Notes under the pieces: generated by a model | The model's database searches: none | What the model was told of the DNA's origin: nothing | Seen by the model: the letters and a program-made list of their open reading frames with translations, nothing else | Program-made: the position numbers and the translations under genes | Part shown: positions 1-9,458 of the stretch, in pieces | How the letters are laid out: each line of letters opens with the position of its first letter | Numbering within the stretch: the first letter of the stretch is position 1 | Assembly (NCBI GenBank): GCA_944358505.1 | Contig: CALVRG010000011.1 | Coordinates: 1 to 51,464 of the forward strand | DNA: 51,464 nucleotides | Origin: an uncultured Bacilli bacterium | GTDB lineage: Bacteria; Bacillota_I; Bacilli_A; RF39; UBA660 | Direction: 5' to 3'

Positions 1-1304
1 AGTACAGGTTGTCCTTTTTCATAACGTTCTTTTACTTCATTAATTATTGCTTTATATTTAGCACTTCTTGTTGCAAATACTAAATCAGGGGCATCAACTC
101 TTATAACAGGTTTATTAGTAGGTATTGTAATAACATACATATTATAAATATCTCTAAATTCCTCTTCTTCTGTTTTTGCAGTACCTGTCATTCCTGAAAG
201 CTTATTATACATTCTAAATAAATTTTGGAATGTTATTGTTGCAAGTGTTTTAGTCTCTTGATTTATTTTTACTCCTTCTTTAGCCTCTATAGCTTGATGA
301 AGTCCATCGCTATAAGCTCTACCTTTCATTAATCGTCCAGTAAACTGATCTACTATTACAACTTCATCATCTTGCACTACATAGTCAACATCTTTTTTCA
401 TAGCATAATTTGCTCTTAAAGCTTGATTAATATAGTGTAAAAGTGTAGCATTTTCTATTTCATACAAATTCTTTACCTTAAATGTTTTTTCTGCTTTTTC
501 ACTACCTTCATCAGTTAAAGAAACGCTTATTGTACTTTTTCCCGTTTCATCGCATATATAATCTGTATCTTCTTTTAAACTTTTAGCAAATTTATCAGCT
601 TCTAGATATAGATTAGCACTGTGTTGTGCTCCACCAGAAATTATTAATGGAGTCCTAGCTTCATCAATTAAAATAGAATCTACTTCATCAACAATAGCAA
701 AATTTAGTGGCCTTTGAACTCTATTTTCTTTTCTAATTACCATATTATCTCTTAAGTAATCAAAGCCTATTTCATTATTAGTAGAATATAAAATATCACA
801 ATTATATGCTTCTTGTTTTTCTTTTGGAGACATATCTCTTGTATTAACACCAACAGTCAATCCTAAAAAGCGATGTATACCTCCCATCCATTCAGCATCA
901 CGAGTTGCTAAATATTCATTAACAGTGATAATATGTACACCTTTTTCTTCTAAAGCATTTAAATAAGCAGGCATTACACATGTTAATGTTTTTCCTTCAC
1001 CTGTTTTCATCTCTGCTATATTACCATAATGAATTGCAAGTGCACCTAGTATTTGTACATAAAAAGGCTTTTCGCCAATAACACGATATGCAGCTTCTCT
1101 TGCAACTGCAAAAGCTTCGACTAAAATATCTTCTAATGTTTCTCCGTTTTTTAATCTTTCTTTAAATTCTTTTGTTTTATTTTTTAATTCGTCATCACTT
1201 AATTTTTGCATTTCTTCATCAAGTGCAACTACTTTATCTGCCTTTTCAGAAAACTTTTTTAACTCTTTATATTCATGATCAAAAAATTTTGTAAATAATC
1301 CCAT
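1..1304 (-). CDS. secA: Preprotein translocase ATPase SecA (5' part; runs off the window's left edge)
   Basis: Manual minus-strand translation from ATG at 1304 (SD AGGAG): [13 protein letters not shown]...[10 protein letters not shown] (Walker A)...[21 protein letters not shown]...GMTGTA. Not in the ORF track because it is truncated. Confidence 0.97.
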   Translation of the reverse strand, partial: MGLFTKFFDHEYKELKKFSEKADKVVALDEEMQKLSDDELKNKTKEFKERLKNGETLEDILVEAFAVAREAAYRVIGEKPFYVQILGALAIHYGNIAEMKTGEGKTLTCVMPAYLNALEEKGVHIITVNEYLATRDAEWMGGIHRFLGLTVGVNTRDMSPKEKQEAYNCDILYSTNNEIGFDYLRDNMVIRKENRVQRPLNFAIVDEVDSILIDEARTPLIISGGAQHSANLYLEADKFAKSLKEDTDYICDETGKSTISVSLTDEGSEKAEKTFKVKNLYEIENATLLHYINQALRANYAMKKDVDYVVQDDEVVIVDQFTGRLMKGRAYSDGLHQAIEAKEGVKINQETKTLATITFQNLFRMYNKLSGMTGTAKTEEEEFRDIYNMYVITIPTNKPVIRVDAPDLVFATRSAKYKAIINEVKERYEKGQPV

Positions 1305-1388
1305 TTTAAACATCTCCTTGTATAATGTATTTTATCAAAAAAAAGTAATAATAAAAAGCTTTTGTGATAATTTTATTTATTTTATATA

Positions 1389-1420
1389 AAAAAGAATGAT
1401 ATTTTAATATCATTCTTTTT
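1389..1420 (-). terminator. Rho-independent terminator after hpf
   Basis: Perfect inverted repeat AAAAAGAATGATATT-TT-AATATCATTCTTTTT next to the hpf stop. Confidence 0.8.
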
Positions 1421-1421
1421 G

Positions 1422-1949
1422 TTATTCTGACTCAATTAATCCATATCCGCCATTTTTTCTTTTATAGACAACTGCTTCTTTATCAGTATCAACATTTTTA
1501 AATAAGTAAAATTCATGACCAAGTAGTTCAAGTTGAAGAATAGCTTCTTCTTCATCCATTGGTTTTACTTCTACTTTCTTTCTTTTTATAATATTGTTTT
1601 CTTCATAATCTTCTTCTTCAATATTCATAATACTGAAATCAATCATTGTCTTTGCTTCTTTGGCTTTTATTTTAGTTTTATTTTTTCTTATTTGTCTTTC
1701 TATTATATCTATAGCTTTATCAACAGCAGCATAAAAATCATCTTGTGTCTCTTCAGATCTAATAATAAAATTATGAAGTGGAATTGTAATCTCTACGGTT
1801 TGAAAATGTCCTTTAACTTTTACTACTACATTAGCACGTACATCCTCACTATTTTCTAGATATTTTTCTATCCTTGTTAATTTTTCCTTGATGTAGTCTC
1901 TCATAGCATTAGTTACTTCTATTTTGTTACCTCTAATAATTATTTCCAT
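1422..1949 (-). CDS. hpf: Ribosome hibernation promoting factor, long HPF/RaiA
   Basis: MEIIIRGNKIEVT...DFYAAVD...KPMDEEEAILQLELLGHEFYLF...YKRKNGGYGLIE; the hpf-secA order is conserved. Start moved from 1982 to the ATG at 1949 after SD AAGGTGA. Confidence 0.95.
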   Translation of the reverse strand: MEIIIRGNKIEVTNAMRDYIKEKLTRIEKYLENSEDVRANVVVKVKGHFQTVEITIPLHNFIIRSEETQDDFYAAVDKAIDIIERQIRKNKTKIKAKEAKTMIDFSIMNIEEEDYEENNIIKRKKVEVKPMDEEEAILQLELLGHEFYLFKNVDTDKEAVVYKRKNGGYGLIESE

Positions 1950-1999
1950 ACTATCACCTTCCTTAGTATTAATATACCACAAAAGAAGAAAAAAACCAA

Positions 2000-2218
2000 C
2001 TATTTTACTAATGCTGGTTCTTTTATTGGTGTTACATCAACCGCTTGGTACCCTTTACTAGTTTCAAGTAATGTAAACTCTACATATTGTCCTTCAGCCA
2101 AAGTTTTATAACCCTCACAATTAATAGTTGAATAATGAACAAAAATATCTTCGTTTTCTTTGTATTCAATAAAGCCATATCCCTTTTCATTATTGAACCA
2201 TTTTACTTTTCCAATCAC
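2000..2218 (-). CDS. csp: Cold-shock domain protein (CspA family)
   Basis: GKVKWFNNEKGYGFI (RNP1) and DIFVHYS (RNP2). Probable GTG start at 2218 after SD GGAGGTGA. Confidence 0.95.
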   Translation of the reverse strand: MIGKVKWFNNEKGYGFIEYKENEDIFVHYSTINCEGYKTLAEGQYVEFTLLETSKGYQAVDVTPIKEPALVK

Positions 2219-2318
2219 TAGGATCACCTCCACATCTTTTATTGCTCACTTCTTGCCTACTACTTTCTCAAATGATGTGTTTTCATTATATCAATAGCAT
2301 TATGTTTATTATAATTTT

Positions 2319-2357
2319 TTCCGTTAATTGTCATTTTCATTCCTTTAAATGTTATTT
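2319..2357 (+). promoter_or_regulatory. Candidate LytTR/AgrA-binding direct repeat pair upstream of agrB
   Basis: TTCCGTTAATTGTCATTT (2319) and TTCCTTTAAATGTTATTT (2340) have a 21-bp period. The 9-mer TCCGTTAAT fits the LytTR consensus [TA][AC][CA]GTTN[AG][TG]. Confidence 0.55.
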
Positions 2358-2470
2358 ATATAGAAAAACATAAACATTATTCCAATCGTTCTTTAAAGAT
2401 GCCTTTTTAAGGATAACTTATTTTTTAATTAGTGATTGGAGTTATAATTTTTGTAGCATAGGAGGGTAGT

Positions 2471-3064
2471 ATGAAAGAAGCATTTTTAAATCATTCTATG
2501 GACTTCATATCTAAAAATAGAATTGATATGAGTGACGAAGATAAAGAAAAGCTAATATATGGTTTAGAGGGTCTTTACATGACTATAACTAAACTATTGA
2601 TAATTTTTCTTATTGCTTTGGCTTTAGGTTTTATTAAAGAATTTATTATAACATTAATACTCTTTAATATAATAAGATTTCCAGGTTTTGGATTTCATGC
2701 CAGTAAGTCTATAGTTTGTTTAATTTCGAGTACTATTTTAATTTTAGGATTACCTTATTTATTTGTTAATGTTGAGGTTAATCTTATCATTAAATTAATT
2801 CTATGTTTAGTTTCAGTTATAACATTTATAATCTGTGCTCCTGCTGATACCTATAAAAGACCACTTACTAATAAGAAAAAGAGAACTATTAGAAAGGTTT
2901 GTGCCTGTACTATTGCAATAATTTATAGTGTTATTATTATTGCCTTTAATAAGAGCATAATTAGTGATTTGTTATTAGCAGCACTTATGATTGAAACTGT
3001 TTTAATTTCTCCTATAATGTATGTTATTTTTGGAGAACCTTATAATAATTATAAAAAGGTTTAA
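2471..3064 (+). CDS. agrB: Accessory gene regulator B (AIP-maturing membrane peptidase)
   Basis: 197-aa polytopic membrane protein with YGLE, RFPGFGFHA..IVC (catalytic His/Cys region) and APADTYKRPL motifs; SD GGAGGG. Confidence 0.95.
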   Translation: MKEAFLNHSMDFISKNRIDMSDEDKEKLIYGLEGLYMTITKLLIIFLIALALGFIKEFIITLILFNIIRFPGFGFHASKSIVCLISSTILILGLPYLFVNVEVNLIIKLILCLVSVITFIICAPADTYKRPLTNKKKRTIRKVCACTIAIIYSVIIIAFNKSIISDLLLAALMIETVLISPIMYVIFGEPYNNYKKV

Positions 3065-3114
3065 ACATTTATATGTTTAAATAAATATGTAGTAAGGAAA
3101 GGATGAGAAGTGAA

Positions 3115-3234
3115 ATGAAAAAAAGAATAGCTAAAGTTCTAGCTGCTGTTGCTATGTTAGCTACTGCAAGTGCTAGTATGGGATGTGCTTGGTGGATGTG
3201 TGAAGAACCAAAAGCATTAAAAAACATGGATTAA
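3115..3234 (+). CDS. agrD: AgrD cyclic-lactone autoinducing peptide precursor (39 aa)
   Basis: Manual translation MKKRIAKVLAAVAMLATASASMGCAWWMCEEPKALKNMD*: amphipathic leader, Cys-aromatic core, EEP tail. It lies 50 bp after agrB with SD AAAGGA; an alternative in-frame ATG is at 3103. Confidence 0.9.
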   Translation: MKKRIAKVLAAVAMLATASASMGCAWWMCEEPKALKNMD

Positions 3235-3240
3235 TAAATT

Positions 3241-3265
3241 AAGAGTGTGAATTCACTCTTTTTTT
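3241..3265 (+). terminator. Hairpin terminator between convergent agrD and agrC
   Basis: AAGAGTG-TGAATT-CACTCTT followed by a T-run; overlaps the agrC stop. Confidence 0.65.
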
Positions 3266-4542
3266 AATTCTAATTTTTGAATAAAATAATTATCTATAGT
3301 TTTTACTTCCGTATTAAAAACCTGTGATTTTTTAATTATTTTGTCTGCAAAATATAAACCTTTACCATGGGTACTACCTTTTGTTGTAAATCCTTTTTTA
3401 ATTACATTCTTTAAATTTATTTTACCTTTAAAACTATTTGTTATAACAAATAAGATATTTTCTTTAATTTTATATACTTCTAAAGTTATCTGTTTTTTTT
3501 CTGAATTTATTGCAGCCTCTATTGCATTATCAAAATAAATGCCAATAAGTTGACTTAATTCTCTACAAACAACTGAAGAAAATTTAAAATCATTATCTTT
3601 TAATTTAGGACTAATATCTACTGATATATTTAATCCTTCCATGTTCGCTACTAATAATTTATAATATATTAAGCTTTTTATTTCTCCTTTTGGTATATAT
3701 TTTATTTGACCAAGTATATATGTGTCAGCAGTTAAATCAACTTTTAAAATATCACTTAATATTTTTATTATTTTTTCATCTTTTGTGGCATCTATTATTT
3801 TTGAAAGTTGATTTTTATATTCGTGTATCTTTAAGTCTTGCTTTTCTTGATAATCCTCTACATTGCGCATACATTCTGTCAATATGTTATTTTGAATTAA
3901 AAGCCTATCATATTTTATTATTTCACACATATAGATTAATATTAATAAAATAAAGACAATAATTACAATATTAATAGTAAAATAATACTTTGTTGGTGCA
4001 AATAAATTCGATGTCGTATAATAACAAATGCATATAGCTATAAAAGCAAATAAGCAATAAATTATAAGAGCTCTATTTTTAGGCCTTTCTAATCTTTTAG
4101 TACTATTAGTAATGAATTTATTAATAGGTTTCAAATTAAATATAAAATATGTCACTAGTGAAATACATGTATTAGTTAAAAACATGATTAAATAGTTGTT
4201 TCTCATTGCATCAAATTCCATAAAATTAATCATTATAGCTGAGCATATCAAATCTGGAATTGTTGAAACTATCATTATAAATAATACATATATTAGGCTA
4301 ACTATTATATCAATTTCAAATATTTTCTTCACTGACAATGATAAAAACAAAAAAGTTAAAAATGTTGTAAAATCATATTCTGTTGTAAAAAATACTATAG
4401 TTGGTAAAATACTTAATAAAATCCACTCTAAATTCTTTATGGTTAATAACTTTATTTGTGATTTTGTTATTTTTTTGATAATTAATATAGCAATTAAATT
4501 CATTAAAGTGATATTAATTAGTTTTACTATTACTAGTGACAT
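3253..4542 (-). CDS. agrC: AgrC-like sensor histidine kinase (GHKL domain)
   Basis: About 6-7 N-terminal TM segments, H-box HEYKNQL, N-box GIYFDNAIEAA and G-box GFTTKGSTHGKGL. Confidence 0.9.
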   Translation of the reverse strand: MSLVIVKLINITLMNLIAILIIKKITKSQIKLLTIKNLEWILLSILPTIVFFTTEYDFTTFLTFLFLSLSVKKIFEIDIIVSLIYVLFIMIVSTIPDLICSAIMINFMEFDAMRNNYLIMFLTNTCISLVTYFIFNLKPINKFITNSTKRLERPKNRALIIYCLFAFIAICICYYTTSNLFAPTKYYFTINIVIIVFILLILIYMCEIIKYDRLLIQNNILTECMRNVEDYQEKQDLKIHEYKNQLSKIIDATKDEKIIKILSDILKVDLTADTYILGQIKYIPKGEIKSLIYYKLLVANMEGLNISVDISPKLKDNDFKFSSVVCRELSQLIGIYFDNAIEAAINSEKKQITLEVYKIKENILFVITNSFKGKINLKNVIKKGFTTKGSTHGKGLYFADKIIKKSQVFNTEVKTIDNYFIQKLELKKE

Positions 4543-5254
4543 ATTTAATCAACTCCTTTTTACCAGATCTTGATATTAAGTTAGTACTCATACCATTTAT
4601 GAATAACACTTCATTTTCTCTTATATTATAAGTACTTATTTTATCAGTATTTAAAATTAAACTCTTATGTACTTTTAAAAATCTTTTATCTAATTCCTTT
4701 GATATTGCATTTAATGTATAAGATGCTTTGAAAGTACCATAATCCGTTTGAATAATACATCTTTTGCTATCTTGTTCTTTCTCAATAAAAATAATACTTT
4801 TTAATTCTATTTTATATAATGTGTAATTGTATTCATAATTTAAACATTTTTCTTTACTGTTATATTGTTTATAAATTATTTTTAACGTCTCTTTTATTTT
4901 AGTTTTGCAATTGTCATATTTACTTATAAAATCTAATAAATATAATCTATTAGTTAGTGCTTCATAACGATATTCTGAAAAAGAAGTTACGATTACTATA
5001 ATAGAATTCCAATCTTCTAATTCTTCTCTTATAAACCTTGTAGCATCTAATCCTGAGCCGTCTTTTGTTTTAATATCAAGAAAATATACTTTAAATCCTA
5101 GGTCTTTTCTAGCTAATGCTTCGAAACGTTCATCATAAGTTTCAAATGTATACTTTTTATATTCAATATCATAACTCATCATAAACTTATCAATTTCATC
5201 TGTTACTAGTTTTCTAAACTCTTTTTCATCATCACATATAATAAAATTTAACAC
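4514..5254 (-). CDS. agrA: AgrA-like LytTR response regulator
   Basis: Receiver domain (IICDDE, YFLDI with phospho-Asp, FISK) plus LytTR domain (IIFIE...FLKVHKSLILN...ISRS). Probable GTG start at 5254 after SD AAGGAGG; overlaps the agrC start. Confidence 0.92.
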   Translation of the reverse strand: MLNFIICDDEKEFRKLVTDEIDKFMMSYDIEYKKYTFETYDERFEALARKDLGFKVYFLDIKTKDGSGLDATRFIREELEDWNSIIVIVTSFSEYRYEALTNRLYLLDFISKYDNCKTKIKETLKIIYKQYNSKEKCLNYEYNYTLYKIELKSIIFIEKEQDSKRCIIQTDYGTFKASYTLNAISKELDKRFLKVHKSLILNTDKISTYNIRENEVLFINGMSTNLISRSGKKELIKYVTSNSKTN

Positions 5255-5338
5255 TACTTCATCCTCCTTTACACAACACCCTCTAAATTTTACCATATAT
5301 TTCCAGTTTATAAAATTTTTGTCAAAAAAAAATAGTAG

Positions 5339-6460
5339 CTATTTAACCCTATTTTTCTTTTTAAATTTTTGTTCTTTTTTTATTACTTCTCCTACTTTTT
5401 CAATAATATTATCTGTTACTTCTTTATTCTTTTTAGAAATTATAGTTGTTCTTAATACAAACCAAACAACTATAATAAATATTATTATATATAAAATTCT
5501 ACCCATAACTGGATCTTTTAATGAATAGAAAATTGATGCACTCGCAAATAAAAAATTAAATCCATAAATTATTAATACAGTTGTTCGTTGAGAGAAGTTC
5601 ATTCCCAAAAGTTGATGATGTATATGCTCTTTGTCTGGTGAAAATGGTGCTTGATGTTTTAAAAGTCTTCTTATTATCGCAAATAATGTGTCCAATATTG
5701 GAATTCCTAATATCATAAGTGGTACAAACAAACTAGTAAGCGCTGGTCCTTTAAATTCTAATAGTGTTATAACCGCTATCATAAAGCCTAAGTACATAGC
5801 ACAGTCTCCACAAAATATTTTTGCCGGATAAAAGTTATGTAGTAAAAAACCTAACGTTGCTCCTAACATTATAAATGTTAATATCATTACTAATGTTCCA
5901 CTACGTCCTTGAAAATATCCAATAATACCAATAGTTAAGAAAAATATACTACATATTCCACCACTTAATCCATCTAAACCATCTATTAGATTTATTATAT
6001 TAACACATGCTACTATAAAGAAAATAGTGAAGGGATATGATAACATTCCAAAATTTAATGTATAACCAAATGCTGTTATATTATTTAAAAGAAAGCCTCC
6101 ATAGAAAACAAGAATTGATGCTGCTATTATTTGTCCTATTAGTTTTGTTCTTGCTCTTAATGATTTAATATCATCTGCAATACCTGTTAATATTATAATA
6201 AAACTGCCTATTAGTATAGAGTTCATTTGAACACTTTCTGTTCCAAATAGCATATAACTTATTAGGAAAGCTAAAAATATTCCTACTCCACCTAATTTAG
6301 GGGTTGCCTTTGTGTGTATATGTCTATGTCCTTCATCGTTTCTTGGAATATCTATAGCTCCAATATGCTTTGCTATTTTTTTCATAAATGGCATTATAAG
6401 AGCAGAGCAAATAAATGTTGTTATAACTATCTTTAATATGGAAATTATTTCTTGATTCAT
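5339..6460 (-). CDS. tagO: Undecaprenyl-phosphate GlcNAc-1-phosphate transferase (TagO/WecA, MraY family)
   Basis: PKLGG, GIADD, NIINLIDGLDGL, PAKIFCGD and PDKEHIHH motifs; polytopic. Confidence 0.9.
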   Translation of the reverse strand: MNQEIISILKIVITTFICSALIMPFMKKIAKHIGAIDIPRNDEGHRHIHTKATPKLGGVGIFLAFLISYMLFGTESVQMNSILIGSFIIILTGIADDIKSLRARTKLIGQIIAASILVFYGGFLLNNITAFGYTLNFGMLSYPFTIFFIVACVNIINLIDGLDGLSGGICSIFFLTIGIIGYFQGRSGTLVMILTFIMLGATLGFLLHNFYPAKIFCGDCAMYLGFMIAVITLLEFKGPALTSLFVPLMILGIPILDTLFAIIRRLLKHQAPFSPDKEHIHHQLLGMNFSQRTTVLIIYGFNFLFASASIFYSLKDPVMGRILYIIIFIIVVWFVLRTTIISKKNKEVTDNIIEKVGEVIKKEQKFKKKNRVK

Positions 6461-6569
6461 AATTTTTCCTCTTTTCTAAAATTATTATAACAAGTAAGCA
6501 TATTTTTTACAATAAAAGTTAATAAACAAATAGAACCTTGTCTTTATACTAAAGATTCAAGGTCCTATT

Positions 6570-7562
6570 TTAATTATCTTCTAATAATTTTACATTATCT
6601 AATAAAACTCCAGTTCCTTCAACAACACAAGTTAACGGACTATCTGCAATTAATACTGGAACTTTTAATTCTTTCTTTAATACTTCATTTAATCCTTTTA
6701 ACATAGAACCACCACCAGTTAAAACTATACCTTTATCTACAATATCAGCAGAAAGTTCAGGTGGTGTTTGCTCTAATACATTGGTTGCTGCTTTTACTAT
6801 TTTATATATAGACTCATGTAATGCCTCTTCTGTTTCTACTTCATTTATTTCAATTGTATTAGGAAGTCCTGTTACTAAGTCCCTTCCTCTTACTTCTAAT
6901 TTAGTCTTTTTATCAGGTTCATAAAGATTTGCAAAGTTTATTTTTATATCTTCTGCTGTTTTTTCACCTATTAACAATTTATATTTTTCTTTAATGTATT
7001 TAACAATATCTTGATCAAATACATTTCCTGCTATACGAACTGAAGCACTATTTACAATATCATTTAAAGATAATATTGCTATATCTGTTGTCCCTCCACC
7101 AATATCTATTACCATATTAGCACTAGGTTTAGATATATCCATACCTGCTCCTATAGCAGCAACTTTTGGTTCTTCTTCCAAAAATACTTTTCTTGCTCCT
7201 GTACGTTCTGCAGCTTCTTTTATAGCATTTTTTTCAACTGGAGTTACATTAGTTGGACAGCATATTAGTATTCTAGGCCTTGATAAAAAGTTCCTAGCAT
7301 GAATTTTTCTTATAAAATAATCTAACATTATTTCAGTAATTTCAAAGTCAGCTATTACACCATCTTTCATAGGTTTAATAGCTTTTACTTTTTCTGGTGT
7401 TCTTCCTAGCATTTCACTAGCTTCTTTACCTACTGCTACAACTTTTTTATTGTCTGTATCAATAGCAACAACACTAGGCTCATTTAAGACTATTCCCTCT
7501 CCTTTTATATATATTAAAACATTTGCTGTTCCTAGATCAATACCAATATCTTTTGATAGCAT
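6570..7562 (-). CDS. mbl: MreB-like rod-shape protein Mbl
   Basis: DIGIDLGTAN, EPSVVA, DIGGGTT and LTGGG motifs. Position after spoIIQ matches the Bacillus mbl locus. Confidence 0.9.
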   Translation of the reverse strand: MLSKDIGIDLGTANVLIYIKGEGIVLNEPSVVAIDTDNKKVVAVGKEASEMLGRTPEKVKAIKPMKDGVIADFEITEIMLDYFIRKIHARNFLSRPRILICCPTNVTPVEKNAIKEAAERTGARKVFLEEEPKVAAIGAGMDISKPSANMVIDIGGGTTDIAILSLNDIVNSASVRIAGNVFDQDIVKYIKEKYKLLIGEKTAEDIKINFANLYEPDKKTKLEVRGRDLVTGLPNTIEINEVETEEALHESIYKIVKAATNVLEQTPPELSADIVDKGIVLTGGGSMLKGLNEVLKKELKVPVLIADSPLTCVVEGTGVLLDNVKLLEDN

Positions 7563-7643
7563 TTATATCACGTCCTTTTACTTTTAATATTTTAGCAAAA
7601 ATATAATATAAAGTAAATTGTTTTCGATTAAAAAAAACGGCTT

Positions 7644-8345
7644 TTACTCCGTTTCTTCATTAGTGTTAGTTTCTTCTTCAGTAGTAGTACTATCAGTTGT
7701 TGTTTCTTTTTCCTCATCTTTTATTACTTGATCAAAATATTTACTAGGATCTACTACTTCACCTGATTTATATAATTCAAAATGTAAATGATTACCTAAA
7801 TCTTGATCTATAGTATTAGTACCACTTTTACCAATTACTTGTCCTTGTTTGACTGTATCATTTTTCTTAACTGATACTTCACTCAAACTTTGATAGCTAC
7901 TAATGAAGTCATTGTCATGCTTTATTTCTACAATTGTTCCAAGAAGTTCATCCTTTTTCACATCTATAACAGTTCCATCTAGCACTGCTACTATGTCAAA
8001 TGAATCTTTTAAGCCAAAATCTATACCAGAATTTTGAATATAAGTATTCTCATGATAAAGAATAGATTTTTCTTGAGAAGCGTTATCTGCTTGATAATCG
8101 TAGAAATACTTAAGTGTTTCTACTTGATCATTTGTGTAGGGTCTTATCATTTTTATTTCTTCTTTAATTACTTCTTGATCTTCACTTTCATCACTTATTA
8201 TTGATGAATTAACATATTCAACATCTTCTTGTATGTTATTCGCTTGCATGTTTTGACTTACAAAGAAAGCACCCATTCCTGTTAGAGAAAAAGCAATTAA
8301 ATAAGCACCAACTATAGCACTTTTCTTTAATCTTAATTTTTTCAT
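7644..8345 (-). CDS. spoIIQ: SpoIIQ-like membrane-anchored degenerate M23/LytM protein
   Basis: N-terminal TM helix; FYDYQAD...QEKSILYHENTYIQNSGIDF, YQSLSEV and GNHLHFE. The HxxxD motif is degenerate (NSGID). Lies between DUF1146 and mbl. Confidence 0.8.
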   Translation of the reverse strand: MKKLRLKKSAIVGAYLIAFSLTGMGAFFVSQNMQANNIQEDVEYVNSSIISDESEDQEVIKEEIKMIRPYTNDQVETLKYFYDYQADNASQEKSILYHENTYIQNSGIDFGLKDSFDIVAVLDGTVIDVKKDELLGTIVEIKHDNDFISSYQSLSEVSVKKNDTVKQGQVIGKSGTNTIDQDLGNHLHFELYKSGEVVDPSKYFDQVIKDEEKETTTDSTTTEEETNTNEETE

Positions 8346-8364
8346 TATCCATCACCTCATTAAG

Positions 8365-8392
8365 AGTTTTAACGAAAATAAAAAAATTATAC
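8365..8392 (-). promoter_or_regulatory. Candidate forespore sigma-F-type promoter of spoIIQ
   Basis: Minus strand reads GTATA-N14-GTTAAAACT, resembling the sigF consensus GYATA...GGnnAnAHT, just upstream of SD GAGGTGA. Confidence 0.4.
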
Positions 8393-8407
8393 TTTAAATT
8401 TTATTTT

Positions 8408-8605
8408 TTAAAAAATTATTGCAGATTCATAAATATCGTATATAAAGTTTGTTACTAAGTAAATGATTGCGATTGCTAAAAAGAAATAAAATACTCGAGC
8501 TTGCCAAATTTTATTTTTTTTAAAAATTGCATTAATATTTATAGAATCAAGACTCCATATTACTAATATTGTCATAATTAGGTATATAAAATATTTAACA
8601 CTCAT
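8408..8605 (-). CDS. DUF1146 (YwzB-like) small membrane protein
   Basis: WSLDSININAIFKKNKIWQAR..LAIAIIYLVTNF matches the YwzB pattern; syntenic position. Confidence 0.8.
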   Translation of the reverse strand: MSVKYFIYLIMTILVIWSLDSININAIFKKNKIWQARVFYFFLAIAIIYLVTNFIYDIYESAIIF

Positions 8606-9042
8606 TTTGTTTCCTCATATTTATTTATCTTATTTATTCTTCTAATATGTCTTTCTTCGTTTGAAAATGGAGTCGTAATAAAAGTAATAATTAAATTGTA
8701 AGCTTTTTTTAACTTCATATTTTCATTTAAACAAATGATGTTAGCATCATTATCAAGTCTTGTTTCTATTACATCTTTTTTACTTAAAATTCTCGCTGCT
8801 CTTATTCCTTTTACTTTATTACATGCTATAGATATGCCAATTCCACTACCACAGATGGCAATACCAAAATCTATTTCTTTATTAGCTAAGGCTGTTCCTA
8901 ATTTAAAAGCATAATCAGGGTAATCAACGCTCTCTAATCCTTTACAACCATAATCTATAACTTCATAATTAATATTTAACTTTTTTATTAATTCTTCTTT
9001 TAAATTATAGCCACGGTGATCACTTGTTATTCCTATTTTCAT
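8602..9042 (-). CDS. rpiB: Ribose-5-phosphate isomerase B
   Basis: SDHRG, VDYPDYA, ICGSGIGISIACNKVKGIRAA and RHIRRI motifs. Confidence 0.95.
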   Translation of the reverse strand: MKIGITSDHRGYNLKEELIKKLNINYEVIDYGCKGLESVDYPDYAFKLGTALANKEIDFGIAICGSGIGISIACNKVKGIRAARILSKKDVIETRLDNDANIICLNENMKLKKAYNLIITFITTPFSNEERHIRRINKINKYEETK

Positions 9043-9149
9043 ATTTTTTTCCTTTCTTTTTGCTTATTAAATTTATAAATCATAAATACTGATAATATTA
9101 AACTTTATCTTCAATTTTATTATAACTCTAAATTATTGAAAAAAGAAGC

Positions 9150-9365
9150 TTATGCAGCTTCTTTTTGATTAAATCCATATTTTCTATTAAACTTGTCTAT
9201 TTGTCCTGCTTTTGATGCTCTTCCTTGTTTTCCTGTATAGAATGGATGACATTTAGAACATACTTCTACACTAATTTCATCTTTATTTGACATTATATTA
9301 AATGTTGCACCACAAGCACAAGTAACTTTACAAGGTCTGTAATTTGCTGGGTTATTTTTTGCCAT
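9150..9365 (-). CDS. rpmE: 50S ribosomal protein L31 (Zn-binding type)
   Basis: CACG...VCSKCHPFYTGKQ...FNRKYG. Start is the ATG at 9365 after SD AAAGGAG. Confidence 0.95.
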   Translation of the reverse strand: MAKNNPANYRPCKVTCACGATFNIMSNKDEISVEVCSKCHPFYTGKQGRASKAGQIDKFNRKYGFNQKEAA

Positions 9366-9373
9366 TATTTTCT

Positions 9374-9406
9374 CTCCTTTCGCCATGATAAATAATATCA
9401 TAGAAA
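9374..9406 (-). promoter_or_regulatory. Candidate L31 ribosomal-protein leader hairpin
   Basis: Minus strand CTATGATA-TTATT-TATCATGG hairpin directly followed by CGAAAGGAG (SD). Confidence 0.45.
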
Positions 9407-9458
9407 TTGTTTACTTATATTATAGGTAAACTGATTCGCTACTTAATATATCAAAATT

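Noticed and set aside
1533-1859. Plus-strand 108-aa ORF and the many other antisense ORFs in the track (e.g. 3341, 3690, 4196, 10977, 14083, 26530, 30401, 31079, 31613, 39281, 43430, 50769)
   Set aside because: They are shadows of well-identified genes on the opposite strand, with F/I/S/L-biased composition and no recognisable motifs.
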